The notes under the pieces: generated by a model
What the model saw: only the letters and a program-made list of their open reading frames with translations
Databases searched by the model: none
Told to the model about the DNA's origin: nothing
Part shown: positions 1 to 9,911 of the stretch, piece after piece
Position numbering within the stretch: position 1 is the first letter of the stretch
Layout of the letters: every line of letters begins with the position of its first letter
Program-made: the position numbers and the translations under genes
Source: Balanoglossus misakiensis
Lineage: Eukaryota; Animalia; Hemichordata
NCBI GenBank assembly: GCA_040954595.2
Contig: CM082578.2
Coordinates: 15,298,998 to 15,362,997, forward strand
Length of the DNA stretch: 64,000 bases
Direction: 5' to 3'

Positions 1-3000
1 TCTCGTACTTCATTGTGGTTAGCGCGGCGGGTAGCCCTATTACAGTACCTGAACCAATTTTACTGAGCAGTGAACACTGAAGGCTACATGGATCTATTCC
101 TTATCTACACACAGTCAGTTACAAAATTACAACTATGAAATATTAGGCCATTACGGCCACAAAAGTTACTAATGGGTTCACCATTTTGACATTTTGATAT
201 TTTTTCGCAGAACCAAGAAAACACAATGATTTAAGACTGCTGGGAAGAAATCGTGTTTGATAAAATTAAAGTAATTAACAGAAAAAACAGCTTGATTATT
301 AAGTATAGGCCCTATACATTAAAATCTTTCATCGAATGTTTAATCTAGTCTGTCTACAAGCAGAGTAGAGGTTGTTTAAAGTTGACCAGTAAGCATGTTT
401 GCAGAAGTTAAACAGCATAGACAACTTTGCGCATCAATTTGACCAAAATAAGTCGAGAGAGAGATCGACTTTGTCCCTTTAGCGTTGCAAAAACTGATCC
501 AACCGTGATATTGAGCATTTAGCTATCCGTATGAAGTTGTCAACCGCGCATGTTGCCCAGTTTACATGGAACTTAAAAGGCCCTGCAACGCAGAAGATTT
601 AGATAAGACAAGCACACAATTACATACAGACAAGTAAATTGAAATTCCGCGTAGTTCTTGACGTTCAAGAGAGATAATATCACAAATGACGTCACGGAGG
701 AAATCTGTTCAATCTGGAACTTGAAGATGAAAATTGATGCACAGCAGCGAATGGTGCAAATGTCCACTTCTGACAGCGATCTAAACTCCATTATCACTTC
801 GATATACCGACGAAAATTGAAATGTAATGAACACATATTCATCTACGGTTTCCTGTGCTTTCAAACGACAATCACGAGGAAAAACATCTTTGTGTTTTAG
901 TATCAAAACACAGTTATATAGGATATGCGCAAAATGGTGATTTGTAATGAGGAAAAATGCTATTTGGCAAGAATAGGAGCGCTTTTACTGAGTGATCAAA
1001 GCAGAGCACATGTTTACGTGACGGTACAGCAATGGTCAAAGTCACTGCCTCTCTATAGCTGTGTTCTTGGTCATGCATTAACACAGACGAGTTTTTCAAT
1101 AGTTGGGCGTTTCCAAAAACGCCTTTGGTGTAAAAGAAAACTGTACTGTCAGTTTGGATCTTGATCGTATTTTTACGAGCAGATAATAAGCAATACGGCC
1201 ACCTCTGGAAATTATGCTACCGTTGCCATGGCAAATTGAGATCTAGCCAATCAAAGATTTTCAGTGTGTGGCACACGCGAAAAAAAGAGCGCCACCATAT
1301 GTTCATTAGAACACTTAGATACGACATTTGCCTTTGCATACGTAAATTGGACGTGATCGTGTACCTTTAATAAATTATAACATACTACATCGTAATATAC
1401 AAGATGTGAGCGTAGAACAAACGTATTCGAAACGCTTCCGTAGATCGAAGAATATATATAGAAGAGCACTTTATGTGAAGTTTCCGATGAAAGGTTACTG
1501 TGTGATGGCAGAATCTTGCACCATTCGATCAATCGACCTATGACCTTTCTCAACAGATACGCAGTACAATGTCGCCAGTGGGCGAAGCGAATGTTTTGTG
1601 GCTGACTAGCTAGTATATGTGATATATATGCACCTGTAAAACAACCTTTCTCTCTTTGGTTTTCCGACAAAGGCCTATCGTTTAGATATCAATGCACTAT
1701 TTACAGCAATTTTATATCTAGTCCGATGGGAAAGGTTATACAGCTATATCACAGCTGTGATCGCTTCGCCGTGAATAGCGTCTCGGTTGGTGATATCGTC
1801 GCAATACACACTTTCTGTAATTGTGCAATATTTCAGGAATATTTACGCAAGTCTCAGGGGAGATTGCGTATACTATTTCCCATGTGTGCAGGAAGGGCAG
1901 TGCCAGTAATTACACTCTCAAGGAAAATTGCTGCTAATGCGTGTTTCCGAAATCCGTTACCAGAAAAGTCAAAGAAATTCTATGTCTTGCTTGAATGTTA
2001 AGATCCGTGTTCAAGCCCGTTGCTGAACCGACCAATTGCGCGAAACCTCGTTTTATCGCTGTTTTCTGTTACACGCTCAGTCTTTCCTGCCCGATTGTCA
2101 AATTAGGACTGATGGAAACGAGGCATCGATTGCATATGCACGCATGTTTCGAACGGTGATCATGGCCGCCTCTTGCGTTCAGACAGTAGTGTTATAATAA
2201 TGGTCAGTATTGACCCCAACTTTTACGGAAGGGATGTACATGTAGTAATCAGGAAATGCGCTCATGCCCTTCAGACTAACAGACATAGACTAGAGTCAGA
2301 CTGTCGTACAAGAGATCAATGACTGTACTCGTTAATGATCTTTTAATGGCATAACAAATCGATAATATTCAAAACACCTGGATTCATTATGCAAGAGCAC
2401 GTAGTTCATGTGGTGATTTTGCAGAGAGGCATGGCCCATGGCCGCCTCTCTCGCAAACTCGAATAAATCAGAGTTGCTTTTAGTGGACAATGTCTTGTTT
2501 CTATATTCAAACGCCCTTAGGCGTGTGTCAGAAGCTGGTAGAAAGGTAATGTTCTTCTCACAAAAATAACCAAAGATGTCATCTGTGGCATTTGTCTTCA
2601 GAATGTGACTGCTTCCTATTTTGACTCAGACATTATAAGACTGGTGCTAAATACGAGGTAGGATTCGTTGTCTATTTTCCAAACAGCTACATTACTTCCT
2701 GTGTCTCCCGGAGGACAATATAAAAAGGCGATCACCTTTGATTTCCTGCACACGGTATTTCGGAGTGGCCATTTTGAAAGTAGTTCCGGGAAACAGTGAA
2801 AATGTCAGTAGACGTTGAACGACTTGCTTCAGATGATTATGAATTTTTCCCAGTAGGAAAATGAAGATATATAGAAATTACAGCGAGTATTGAAGCAATA
2901 TCTGAGATTTGTCTTCTATGTCTGATTACCTGCAAGAGTGCTTTTATTATCTAATTTATTCCATTTCAAAATAACACTGATTCAAATCATAAGCCTCGAA

Positions 3001-4998
3001 AAGGCTTTCCAGCGCCCAACATTATGGAATTGTTTCAATAATATCTATATCAAATCTCGGCATTAGCCTAATCGGATTTGTGAAAGTTATTCAAGGCTTT
3101 GTTGATCAATACGGAGCATACTCTTATAGAAGCCAGTCGTCATAAATAAATTACTCTCAACGCTTTTCTGTGAAGACGTATTAACTTTTAAATATGTAAC
3201 AATTAATTATGAAATATTGATAACTTCAATGCTTAGTTCTCAGAATTGCACTCTGTTCATACAAAAAAAACCTGGAGCATTAAGCAAAGTCCTGTGAAGT
3301 TTAATAATTTAATCTGAGTTAGGCCTAGATACTAAGCTTTTTATACACGAAAGTTGAATTTTAATAAAAATGTTATCAAATGTAGTTCCGGACATCTTGA
3401 TATATTTGGATTTCATGCTAAAGTGTCCAATCCCAGGAGGTAACACTCTCAGAGAAAATATTTGCTGTAAAGATATTTTTCTCACAAGATGCACTGGCAC
3501 TATTGTCACAACCGCCACCTCCAAGCTGATTGGTGCACTTGATGACAAACAACAGATGCAGCATTTGTAATATGCAAACTCATCCAGTCAGCATGTTCTA
3601 GTACCTATGAAATGCAAATGTAAACTACACATACTATCTACCCTGCATTTAATTCAAATACTTCCCGAATGGGGTCAGCGCTCGACCGAGCAAATAAATC
3701 ATATCTTAACAAACTAAAGTATTAATGGTCCACCATTTTAAATTCTAGTAGACTGCGCGAGATTTTTATCACTTGAATATTTAGCAACAGTTGATGCTTT
3801 AGCCGTACATGTTGCTTAGGTAGTAATAAAATCAAAGAGATAACATCGTAAGTGCAAAGAACAGTAGGTGACCGTAAAACAGTCAAGTACACAAACACTT
3901 TTGGGGATTGTCTTATAATGATCCGTCAATGTCACCAGTGATCCTCCAAATGCATCATTATCTCAAGGTCTTCTGTATTTGATTTCCCTGGTTTGGATTA
4001 ATCTTGACTTTTACAGCGTGTATTTAGGGCAAGCTTACCACTATTGTCTCTGCTGCGGTTCACATGTTAATGTCGGGAGATCTCTGTGACCCCTCGACCC
4101 TATACTAAGTCCTCGTAATAAATTATTCAAAGTGGGAAATTTTATCGATACTGCGAGATTACAGCGCCTGCTGTCTCTGATTGGATACAACACGGCCAAT
4201 TTGGATTAGGTGCCAAAACAAGAAATGAGAAGCCACGCTCGTTTGCAGCTACGCCCGGCTTGTTTTATTGTAAAGCCTCTCGTTGCTTATCCCTGTGATT
4301 TATTGTGAGCAAATGCATGAATCGTTGTAATAGGCCCTAAATGGTTTTGAGGCGATCCGCTACCTGCAGATGCGCGATATCAGGCCGGCGAATGTACAAA
4401 TATCCACTTGGACACGGTAAGATGTTAGTTTCAATTTGATTTTGTCGATGTTTCAGATGAATGTACGAGTCTCGAACGTCAGAGAGTGGATCATCGTTGT
4501 CCCTAGAGAAAAATTGAAATCACTATTACCATAAAACGAATCTATTGAAGGCTCTTGTTAACCATAGCAGCTCATATTTTTCCGTGAACAGCTTTTACAA
4601 GTAACACTGACGGTGAGTCTTCTCCTTCAGGAAAATAAAAACGAATTACCAAAACATCACTTTGTCGTTATAGTAAAGTGCTTTGAGACAGTCCGTTGAT
4701 AGCATTTAACAAATCAAAAAGTTCGCGAAAGTAGTTCCGCGATAAAAATCAATAAACAGTATACGGAAAAACAGGTGTGCGCTGACCGTGCATTGTTGTA
4801 TTTGGGTTTCTCTTGTCCACAGGGGGCAAACGCACGGACATGCTTTACTTAGCAGGTCAGGTTATGGCTGTTCCGTCGCAGAAGACGGGCATGTACTGTC
4901 GCAAAAGGGTGAACTACGGTGTAAGGCGGTCGCGTTCTGTCGCAAAAGGGGGGAAATACAGTGTAAGGTACTGTCCAAAAAGGATGGACTACGACGTT

Positions 4999-5168
4999 AG
5001 GAGTAGCTCTAAGTGAGCGCTGTTTAAGGCGCGGTGGGGACGGTAGGGGTCCGTGTGCCAGCCAATCATATGCTGTGTCAAGCCCGCCGGAGGGAAAGTT
5101 TCCCGGGCTTTGGTCATTGCCACTTTTGCATTCGGAGGAGCAGCAGGCTGGACACGGGACGCTATTGA
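4999..5168 (+). repeat. Split direct repeat A1 (170 bp)
   Basis: aggagtagctct...gacgctattga, identical by eye to 9465-9634; contains a CCAAT (gccaatc, ~5061). Confidence 0.95.
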
Positions 5169-5368
5169 AGCTCTGTTATGTCAAGCGACATTTAACTCCG
5201 ACCTGGACGTTTTTAGCGGTACGTTTTGCTTTTACAATACCTGAAGCAGTTCATCAGGTACCCCGTGACTAGTCCTAACGTTTTCCACAGATAGCGAGAC
5301 TTTAGGATTGTGCTACGCTCCCCCGATTTTGTGACTGTTATATACTTTTTGCCGGACGGGAGAGAAAC

Positions 5369-6658
5369 ATGGCAATGACCAGGGAGCCCCAATCGCTTCC
5401 TACGGACAGGACAGTGGCGGCCCCGCCGATCACTGGCTCAGCTGCAGTGCCCGCGCATGTCATGCCTGGTGAATCGGTGTCCGTGCCGGACGTACATGTT
5501 GAAGTACGGAATTGGGCCACCGAAAACGGGATTTCATTCCCAACTCTGAACATCTTAGCGATCAACGGTTTCACCACAATGCGGGCGGTGAGGTTAATTC
5601 AACACGACGATTTGTACTTGATGAAGATTTCCCCTCTTGCCCAGCTCCGGCAGTTGGACGCGGCACTTATGGATCTTGCATCGCAGACACGCCAGGCCGC
5701 CCGACGGGCAGATGTGGCGGGAGATACCGGTGAGGCCACCCAACCCGCAGGCCGGAAACGCGCGCCCTCGCAGGCTGCAGTCGGACAACAACAATCAGCC
5801 AACATGGCGGCCCCCAGTACGCCCAACGCCAAGGAAGCAAGTGCACCGAGCGCCACGGCTGACCTCGAACAGTTACAACAGGGGGAACTTGGACTGGACT
5901 CGCTGCTACAAGCATTGAACATCAACGCGGGATCCCTGAACAATGATCCGAGCCTACCTCGGAAGATTCCTCAACGCATGGACTTGGAGCCCATGGTATA
6001 CTTAAAACCAGCGTCTATGGCAGGTTTGAAATTTTATGACATTGTTGAATATGTGCCCAGTTCTCTCCAGGCGAAGGTCGAGCAACACGTGTTGGCCGTT
6101 GGAGAGGGAGATAACAAACTCGTTTTCGAATCGGGGCCAGCAAAACCCAAATTGGGGTCAGTGACCCCTCAGCAATGGGCTGCGGCCAACTCACGCATTT
6201 TGTATGAATTCATTTCCAAGCATAGTTATAATCTCAATCAAGTGCAGGAATATTTAGCGTATACCATTAAAGTATGTCAATTGGCAGACCGATACGAATG
6301 GGTGTCTGTTTTGCACTATGATAGGGAATTCCGCAAACTGCAATCGGCCTATAATTTGCCATGGGGAACTGACTCCCAACATCTATCCACTGTTTATTTA
6401 AGGGATAAAGGGGTAGTGCAAAACAAAGCCCGTGGGTCATCTCAGGCCAAAAATGGAAAGTCTCCTTCAGCGGCCCCTGTGGATGCAAAAACAGGCCGTC
6501 CCATTTGTATCGGTTTCAATAAAGGGGACTGCAAGTACGGGGTCAAATGTACTTACAGCCACATCTGTTTAGACTGCAAGAAACCCCATCCCAAAATCAA
6601 CCACCCAAACTTGTCAGGGGGGGACCCAAAGAGCGAGAACAAGCCACTTCAAGGGTAA
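5369..6658 (+). CDS. Retrotransposon ORF1 (Gag-like) with N-terminal SAM-like domain and C-terminal CCCH-type zinc finger
   Basis: 429 aa. Central W-rich DIRS/Ngaro gag motif (QWAAANSRIL...YEWVSVLHYDREFRKLQ...WG). C-terminal CIGFNKGDCKYGVKCTYSHICLDCKKPH zinc-finger pattern. Located directly upstream of RT. Confidence 0.88.
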   Translation: MAMTREPQSLPTDRTVAAPPITGSAAVPAHVMPGESVSVPDVHVEVRNWATENGISFPTLNILAINGFTTMRAVRLIQHDDLYLMKISPLAQLRQLDAALMDLASQTRQAARRADVAGDTGEATQPAGRKRAPSQAAVGQQQSANMAAPSTPNAKEASAPSATADLEQLQQGELGLDSLLQALNINAGSLNNDPSLPRKIPQRMDLEPMVYLKPASMAGLKFYDIVEYVPSSLQAKVEQHVLAVGEGDNKLVFESGPAKPKLGSVTPQQWAAANSRILYEFISKHSYNLNQVQEYLAYTIKVCQLADRYEWVSVLHYDREFRKLQSAYNLPWGTDSQHLSTVYLRDKGVVQNKARGSSQAKNGKSPSAAPVDAKTGRPICIGFNKGDCKYGVKCTYSHICLDCKKPHPKINHPNLSGGDPKSENKPLQG

Positions 6659-8412
6659 CTGACCTGCCCACCCCTCCTCCCCTACCATCAGCTTTGCGTT
6701 ATGAAGCCTGGGTTGATGAAATTTGCCCCAATGACCCAGACAAAGATTTTATTCTTGACGGGATCGAACATGGCTTTCAAATTGTCGACCCTGATTCTAA
6801 TATCCGCCCTGCTGAGACTAATAATTATAAGTCTGCTACGGACTCTCCCTTTCGGTCTGCAGTGGAGAAACAAATATTGGCCGAGTTGAGTGAAGGTCGT
6901 TATGAGGTCACATCTGACAAACCAACTATTGTAAGCGCATTGGGGGCCATTCCCAAACAAAACTCGCCAGATGTTAGGCTGATTCATGACTGCAGTCAAC
7001 CGCCCAATTTTGCTGTCAATGACTATGCAACTAATGATTCGTTTTCCTTTCAAACCTTTGGGGAGGCCACCAAATTAATTAAGCCAGGGTCCTTTTTAGC
7101 TAAGGTAGATTTGAAGTCAGCATACAGGTCCGTCCGTATCCATCCATCTAATTATAGTGCTACTGGGTTGAAATGGACCTTTTCTAACATGCAGGAGGCC
7201 ACTTATATGTTCGACACGAGGCTCCCATTTGGAGCCAAAAAGGCCCCCATCATTTTTCACCGTCTCACCCAAGCAGTGCGTAGGATGATGCGTCGCAAGG
7301 GTTATGATTGTTTAGTGGTCTACCTTGACGATTTCCTCATTGTTGCAGATACTTACCAGGAGTGCCAAATTGCCCTGAACACCCTTATTTCATTGCTTCG
7401 TAAGTTAGGGTTTGCTATTGCTTGGGGTAAAGTTGAGGGTCCAACTCAACGGTTAGTATTTTTAGGTATTGAAATTGATACCCGCGCTTTTACTGTTGCC
7501 TTGCCGCTGCCAAAGCTTCATGAGCTTTATTCATTGCTGCTTAGTTTTCGAACAAAAACACGTGCATCCCGCCGCCAGCTGCAATCCCTTGCTGGGAAAT
7601 TAAACTGGGCTTGTCAGGTCATTGTCGGAGGTAGGACTTTCCTCCGTCGCATCCTGAATTGCATTAATAATCTCCGCCAACCTTCACATAAAGTTATCCT
7701 TGGTAGGGAATTTAAGGCCGATCTTGATTGGTGGATTCGCTTTTTACCACATTTTAATGGCACTTGCAAGATTCTGAATACAGACCCTATAACTGATGTG
7801 CATACAGATGCTAGCAACACCGCTGCCGGTGCTTACTTTAGGGGGGATTGGGTGTACACCAGGTGGGCTGACTGGCCGTCTACATCGCACTTACATATTA
7901 ATTATAAAGAGGTGCTGGCTGTTGCAGTGGCAGCACAAAGATGGGCACCTGTGTGGGCAAATCATAGAGTTGTAATTCACACGGACAGTATGTCTGCTAT
8001 GGGTATGCTTAATAAGGGGACATGTCGCCATCCATTCATGATGTCTGTGCTTCGTTCCTTATTTTGGCTTTCAGCTTCTTACAACTTCAGCATTCAAGCA
8101 GTTTATGTTCCTGGTAAACTCAATCACATTCCTGATGCCATTTCCAGGTTGCATCAACCAGGTCAGTTCATGAGGTTGCATACACTGCTCCACCCTTATG
8201 GAGAGCTCCACCCCACCTTCACCTTAGCTAGCTTCCCACTTCACATGCCTTATACTGCTGCTACCTTTCTTACTCGTCAGATCCAGAGATCAAACACCTG
8301 GAGGAACATCTGGATAGGGAAGTGGCCACATATAGAGGAAGTGCCTTTGCAGAAAACACACAGCGCACATATTCTGTCCACTGGAAGTCATACATCTCCT
8401 TTTGTGTTATGA
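6547..8412 (+). CDS. Retrotransposon reverse transcriptase-RNase H
   Basis: RT motifs RLIHDCS, KVDLKSAY, RLPFG, VYLDDF, FLGIEID. DIRS-type RNase H motifs TDAS, HINYKE, HTDS, NHIPDAISR. Overlaps the gag 3' end and the YR 5' end. Confidence 0.96.
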   Translation: MYLQPHLFRLQETPSQNQPPKLVRGGPKEREQATSRVTDLPTPPPLPSALRYEAWVDEICPNDPDKDFILDGIEHGFQIVDPDSNIRPAETNNYKSATDSPFRSAVEKQILAELSEGRYEVTSDKPTIVSALGAIPKQNSPDVRLIHDCSQPPNFAVNDYATNDSFSFQTFGEATKLIKPGSFLAKVDLKSAYRSVRIHPSNYSATGLKWTFSNMQEATYMFDTRLPFGAKKAPIIFHRLTQAVRRMMRRKGYDCLVVYLDDFLIVADTYQECQIALNTLISLLRKLGFAIAWGKVEGPTQRLVFLGIEIDTRAFTVALPLPKLHELYSLLLSFRTKTRASRRQLQSLAGKLNWACQVIVGGRTFLRRILNCINNLRQPSHKVILGREFKADLDWWIRFLPHFNGTCKILNTDPITDVHTDASNTAAGAYFRGDWVYTRWADWPSTSHLHINYKEVLAVAVAAQRWAPVWANHRVVIHTDSMSAMGMLNKGTCRHPFMMSVLRSLFWLSASYNFSIQAVYVPGKLNHIPDAISRLHQPGQFMRLHTLLHPYGELHPTFTLASFPLHMPYTAATFLTRQIQRSNTWRNIWIGKWPHIEEVPLQKTHSAHILSTGSHTSPFVL

Positions 8413-9287
8413 TGGGTTATCCCCCTTTGCCAGCCAGTAGTGACCTGGTTTGTCGTTACACAGCCTACTTAGCTCGCCGTCTAAAGTTCAACTCAGTGAA
8501 GCAGTATTTAAATATTATTCGTATTTTACACTTAGAGCATGGCTTCCCCAATCCACTCCAAGACAATTGGCTGCTGACTATGCTGTTAAAGGGCATAGCC
8601 AAAGTTAAGGGAACTACAGTTGCCAGGAAGCTGCCTCTCACCCCCACATTGTTATTGGGCATTCACAGTCAGTTATGTTTTTCATCAGCCTTTGATTCTG
8701 TCTTTTGGGCAGCCTGCCTTGTGGGTTTCTTTGGGTTGCTGCGCAAGTCCAATTTCTTAGTTCCTTCAGGCTCTAAGTTTGACCCAGACAAACATCTAAC
8801 TAGGGCTTCCTTCCAGGTGCATGCATGGGGTCTTACCATCATTATTCGCTGGACCAAGACACTGCAAACCCGGGATCATGTCCTTGAGGTTCCTCTCCCT
8901 TGGATTCGTAATCACCCATTGTGTCCTGTTTCTGCAACCCTTAGGGCATTTCAGCATTCTAAGGGGGCACCCCCAACAGGCCCAGCCTTTGTCATCCCTG
9001 CAGGTAATGGTGGCTTCCGCCCGCTCACTGCCCCACAGTTCACCTCAAAGCTCCGCTCCCATCTTAGTCGCCTAGGGGTGCAGGTCAGTGAATACTCTTC
9101 ACACAGTCTCCGTCGGGGAGGGGCATCCTGGGCAATACAGTGTGGGGTTCCCAGTGACGTAATTAAGCTGATGGGGGATTGGAGGAGTGACGCATACCTT
9201 CGTTACTTGGTCCTCCCCCTCCCTTTCAAAGTCAACTCTGTTAAGCTTTGTGCCAAACAGCTTCCTTTTTCTACTTCTACATTGTAA
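8322..9287 (+). CDS. Tyrosine recombinase (phage-integrase family) of the retrotransposon
   Basis: Catalytic set: LLRKSN (R), WTKT (K), HSLRRGGA (H-x-x-R), GDWRSDAY (W), LRY (Y). The frame is open from ~8232; 8322 is a GTG and the first ATG is at 8409, so the true start is uncertain. Confidence 0.95.
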   Translation: MATYRGSAFAENTQRTYSVHWKSYISFCVMMGYPPLPASSDLVCRYTAYLARRLKFNSVKQYLNIIRILHLEHGFPNPLQDNWLLTMLLKGIAKVKGTTVARKLPLTPTLLLGIHSQLCFSSAFDSVFWAACLVGFFGLLRKSNFLVPSGSKFDPDKHLTRASFQVHAWGLTIIIRWTKTLQTRDHVLEVPLPWIRNHPLCPVSATLRAFQHSKGAPPTGPAFVIPAGNGGFRPLTAPQFTSKLRSHLSRLGVQVSEYSSHSLRRGGASWAIQCGVPSDVIKLMGDWRSDAYLRYLVLPLPFKVNSVKLCAKQLPFSTSTL

Positions 9288-9326
9288 GCAAGTTTTCTAT
9301 GACTACCACTACTATATTGGGTTTTT

Positions 9327-9465
9327 GGGAGAATTTTGTAGTAAACACAGACAGACTTCAACTGTCAATTAGTATGTGTTTTTAGTAGAAAATAAAGTTT
9401 CCCCCAAGTTGTGCCCAATTTGTGTGTCCCAGTGTGGTTTGTGTGTGGGAGCCAGTGTGCCTTAA
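9327..9465 (+). repeat. Split direct repeat B1 (139 bp)
   Basis: gggagaattttgtag...gtgtgccttaa, identical by eye to 9773-9911; contains AATAAA. Confidence 0.95.
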
Positions 9466-9634
9466 GGAGTAGCTCTAAGTGAGCGCTGTTTAAGGCGCGG
9501 TGGGGACGGTAGGGGTCCGTGTGCCAGCCAATCATATGCTGTGTCAAGCCCGCCGGAGGGAAAGTTTCCCGGGCTTTGGTCATTGCCACTTTTGCATTCG
9601 GAGGAGCAGCAGGCTGGACACGGGACGCTATTGA
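9465..9634 (+). repeat. Split direct repeat A2
   Basis: Copy of 4999-5168, abutting B1. Confidence 0.95.
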
Positions 9635-9772
9635 CCCACCCTCCCACCACACATTCCAGGGAATTTCTTCCTTTCTTAAGTCCTTGTTACTTTAATACTT
9701 TATATTTATTGTATTTATTAAAAGCATTGTTTGTATGCTTTGCATTGTTCCTTTGATAGTGTAGATTTCAGG

Positions 9773-9911
9773 GGGAGAATTTTGTAGTAAACACAGACAG
9801 ACTTCAACTGTCAATTAGTATGTGTTTTTAGTAGAAAATAAAGTTTCCCCCAAGTTGTGCCCAATTTGTGTGTCCCAGTGTGGTTTGTGTGTGGGAGCCA
9901 GTGTGCCTTAA
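9773..9911 (+). repeat. Split direct repeat B2
   Basis: Copy of 9327-9465; forms the right end of the element. Confidence 0.95.

Larger units (their letters stand above)
4999..9911 (+). mobile_element. Ngaro-type tyrosine-recombinase (DIRS order) retrotransposon, full length
   Basis: Split direct repeats in the order A1(4999-5168) ... B1(9327-9465)-A2(9465-9634)-138 nt spacer-B2(9773-9911). Three overlapping intact ORFs: gag-like, RT/RNaseH, tyrosine recombinase. No methyltransferase domain and no inverted terminal repeats, which fits Ngaro rather than DIRS1. Confidence 0.95.

Noticed and set aside
1-110. Possible minus-strand gene start (cacaATGaagtacgaga at 13->1) with an acceptor-like site near 103
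   Set aside because: Only 4 codons fall inside the window, so it cannot be supported.
573-4800. Short ORFs on both strands in the track
   Set aside because: No recognisable motifs or consistent splice structure; they look like chance ORFs.
4870-4998. CRISPR-like repeat/spacer appearance
   Set aside because: Units are degenerate, there are no unique spacers of regular length, there are no cas genes, and the context is eukaryotic.
4788-5272. Small ORFs overlapping repeat A, and duplicates at 9365-9756 and 9811-10155
   Set aside because: Artefacts of the duplicated split direct repeats.
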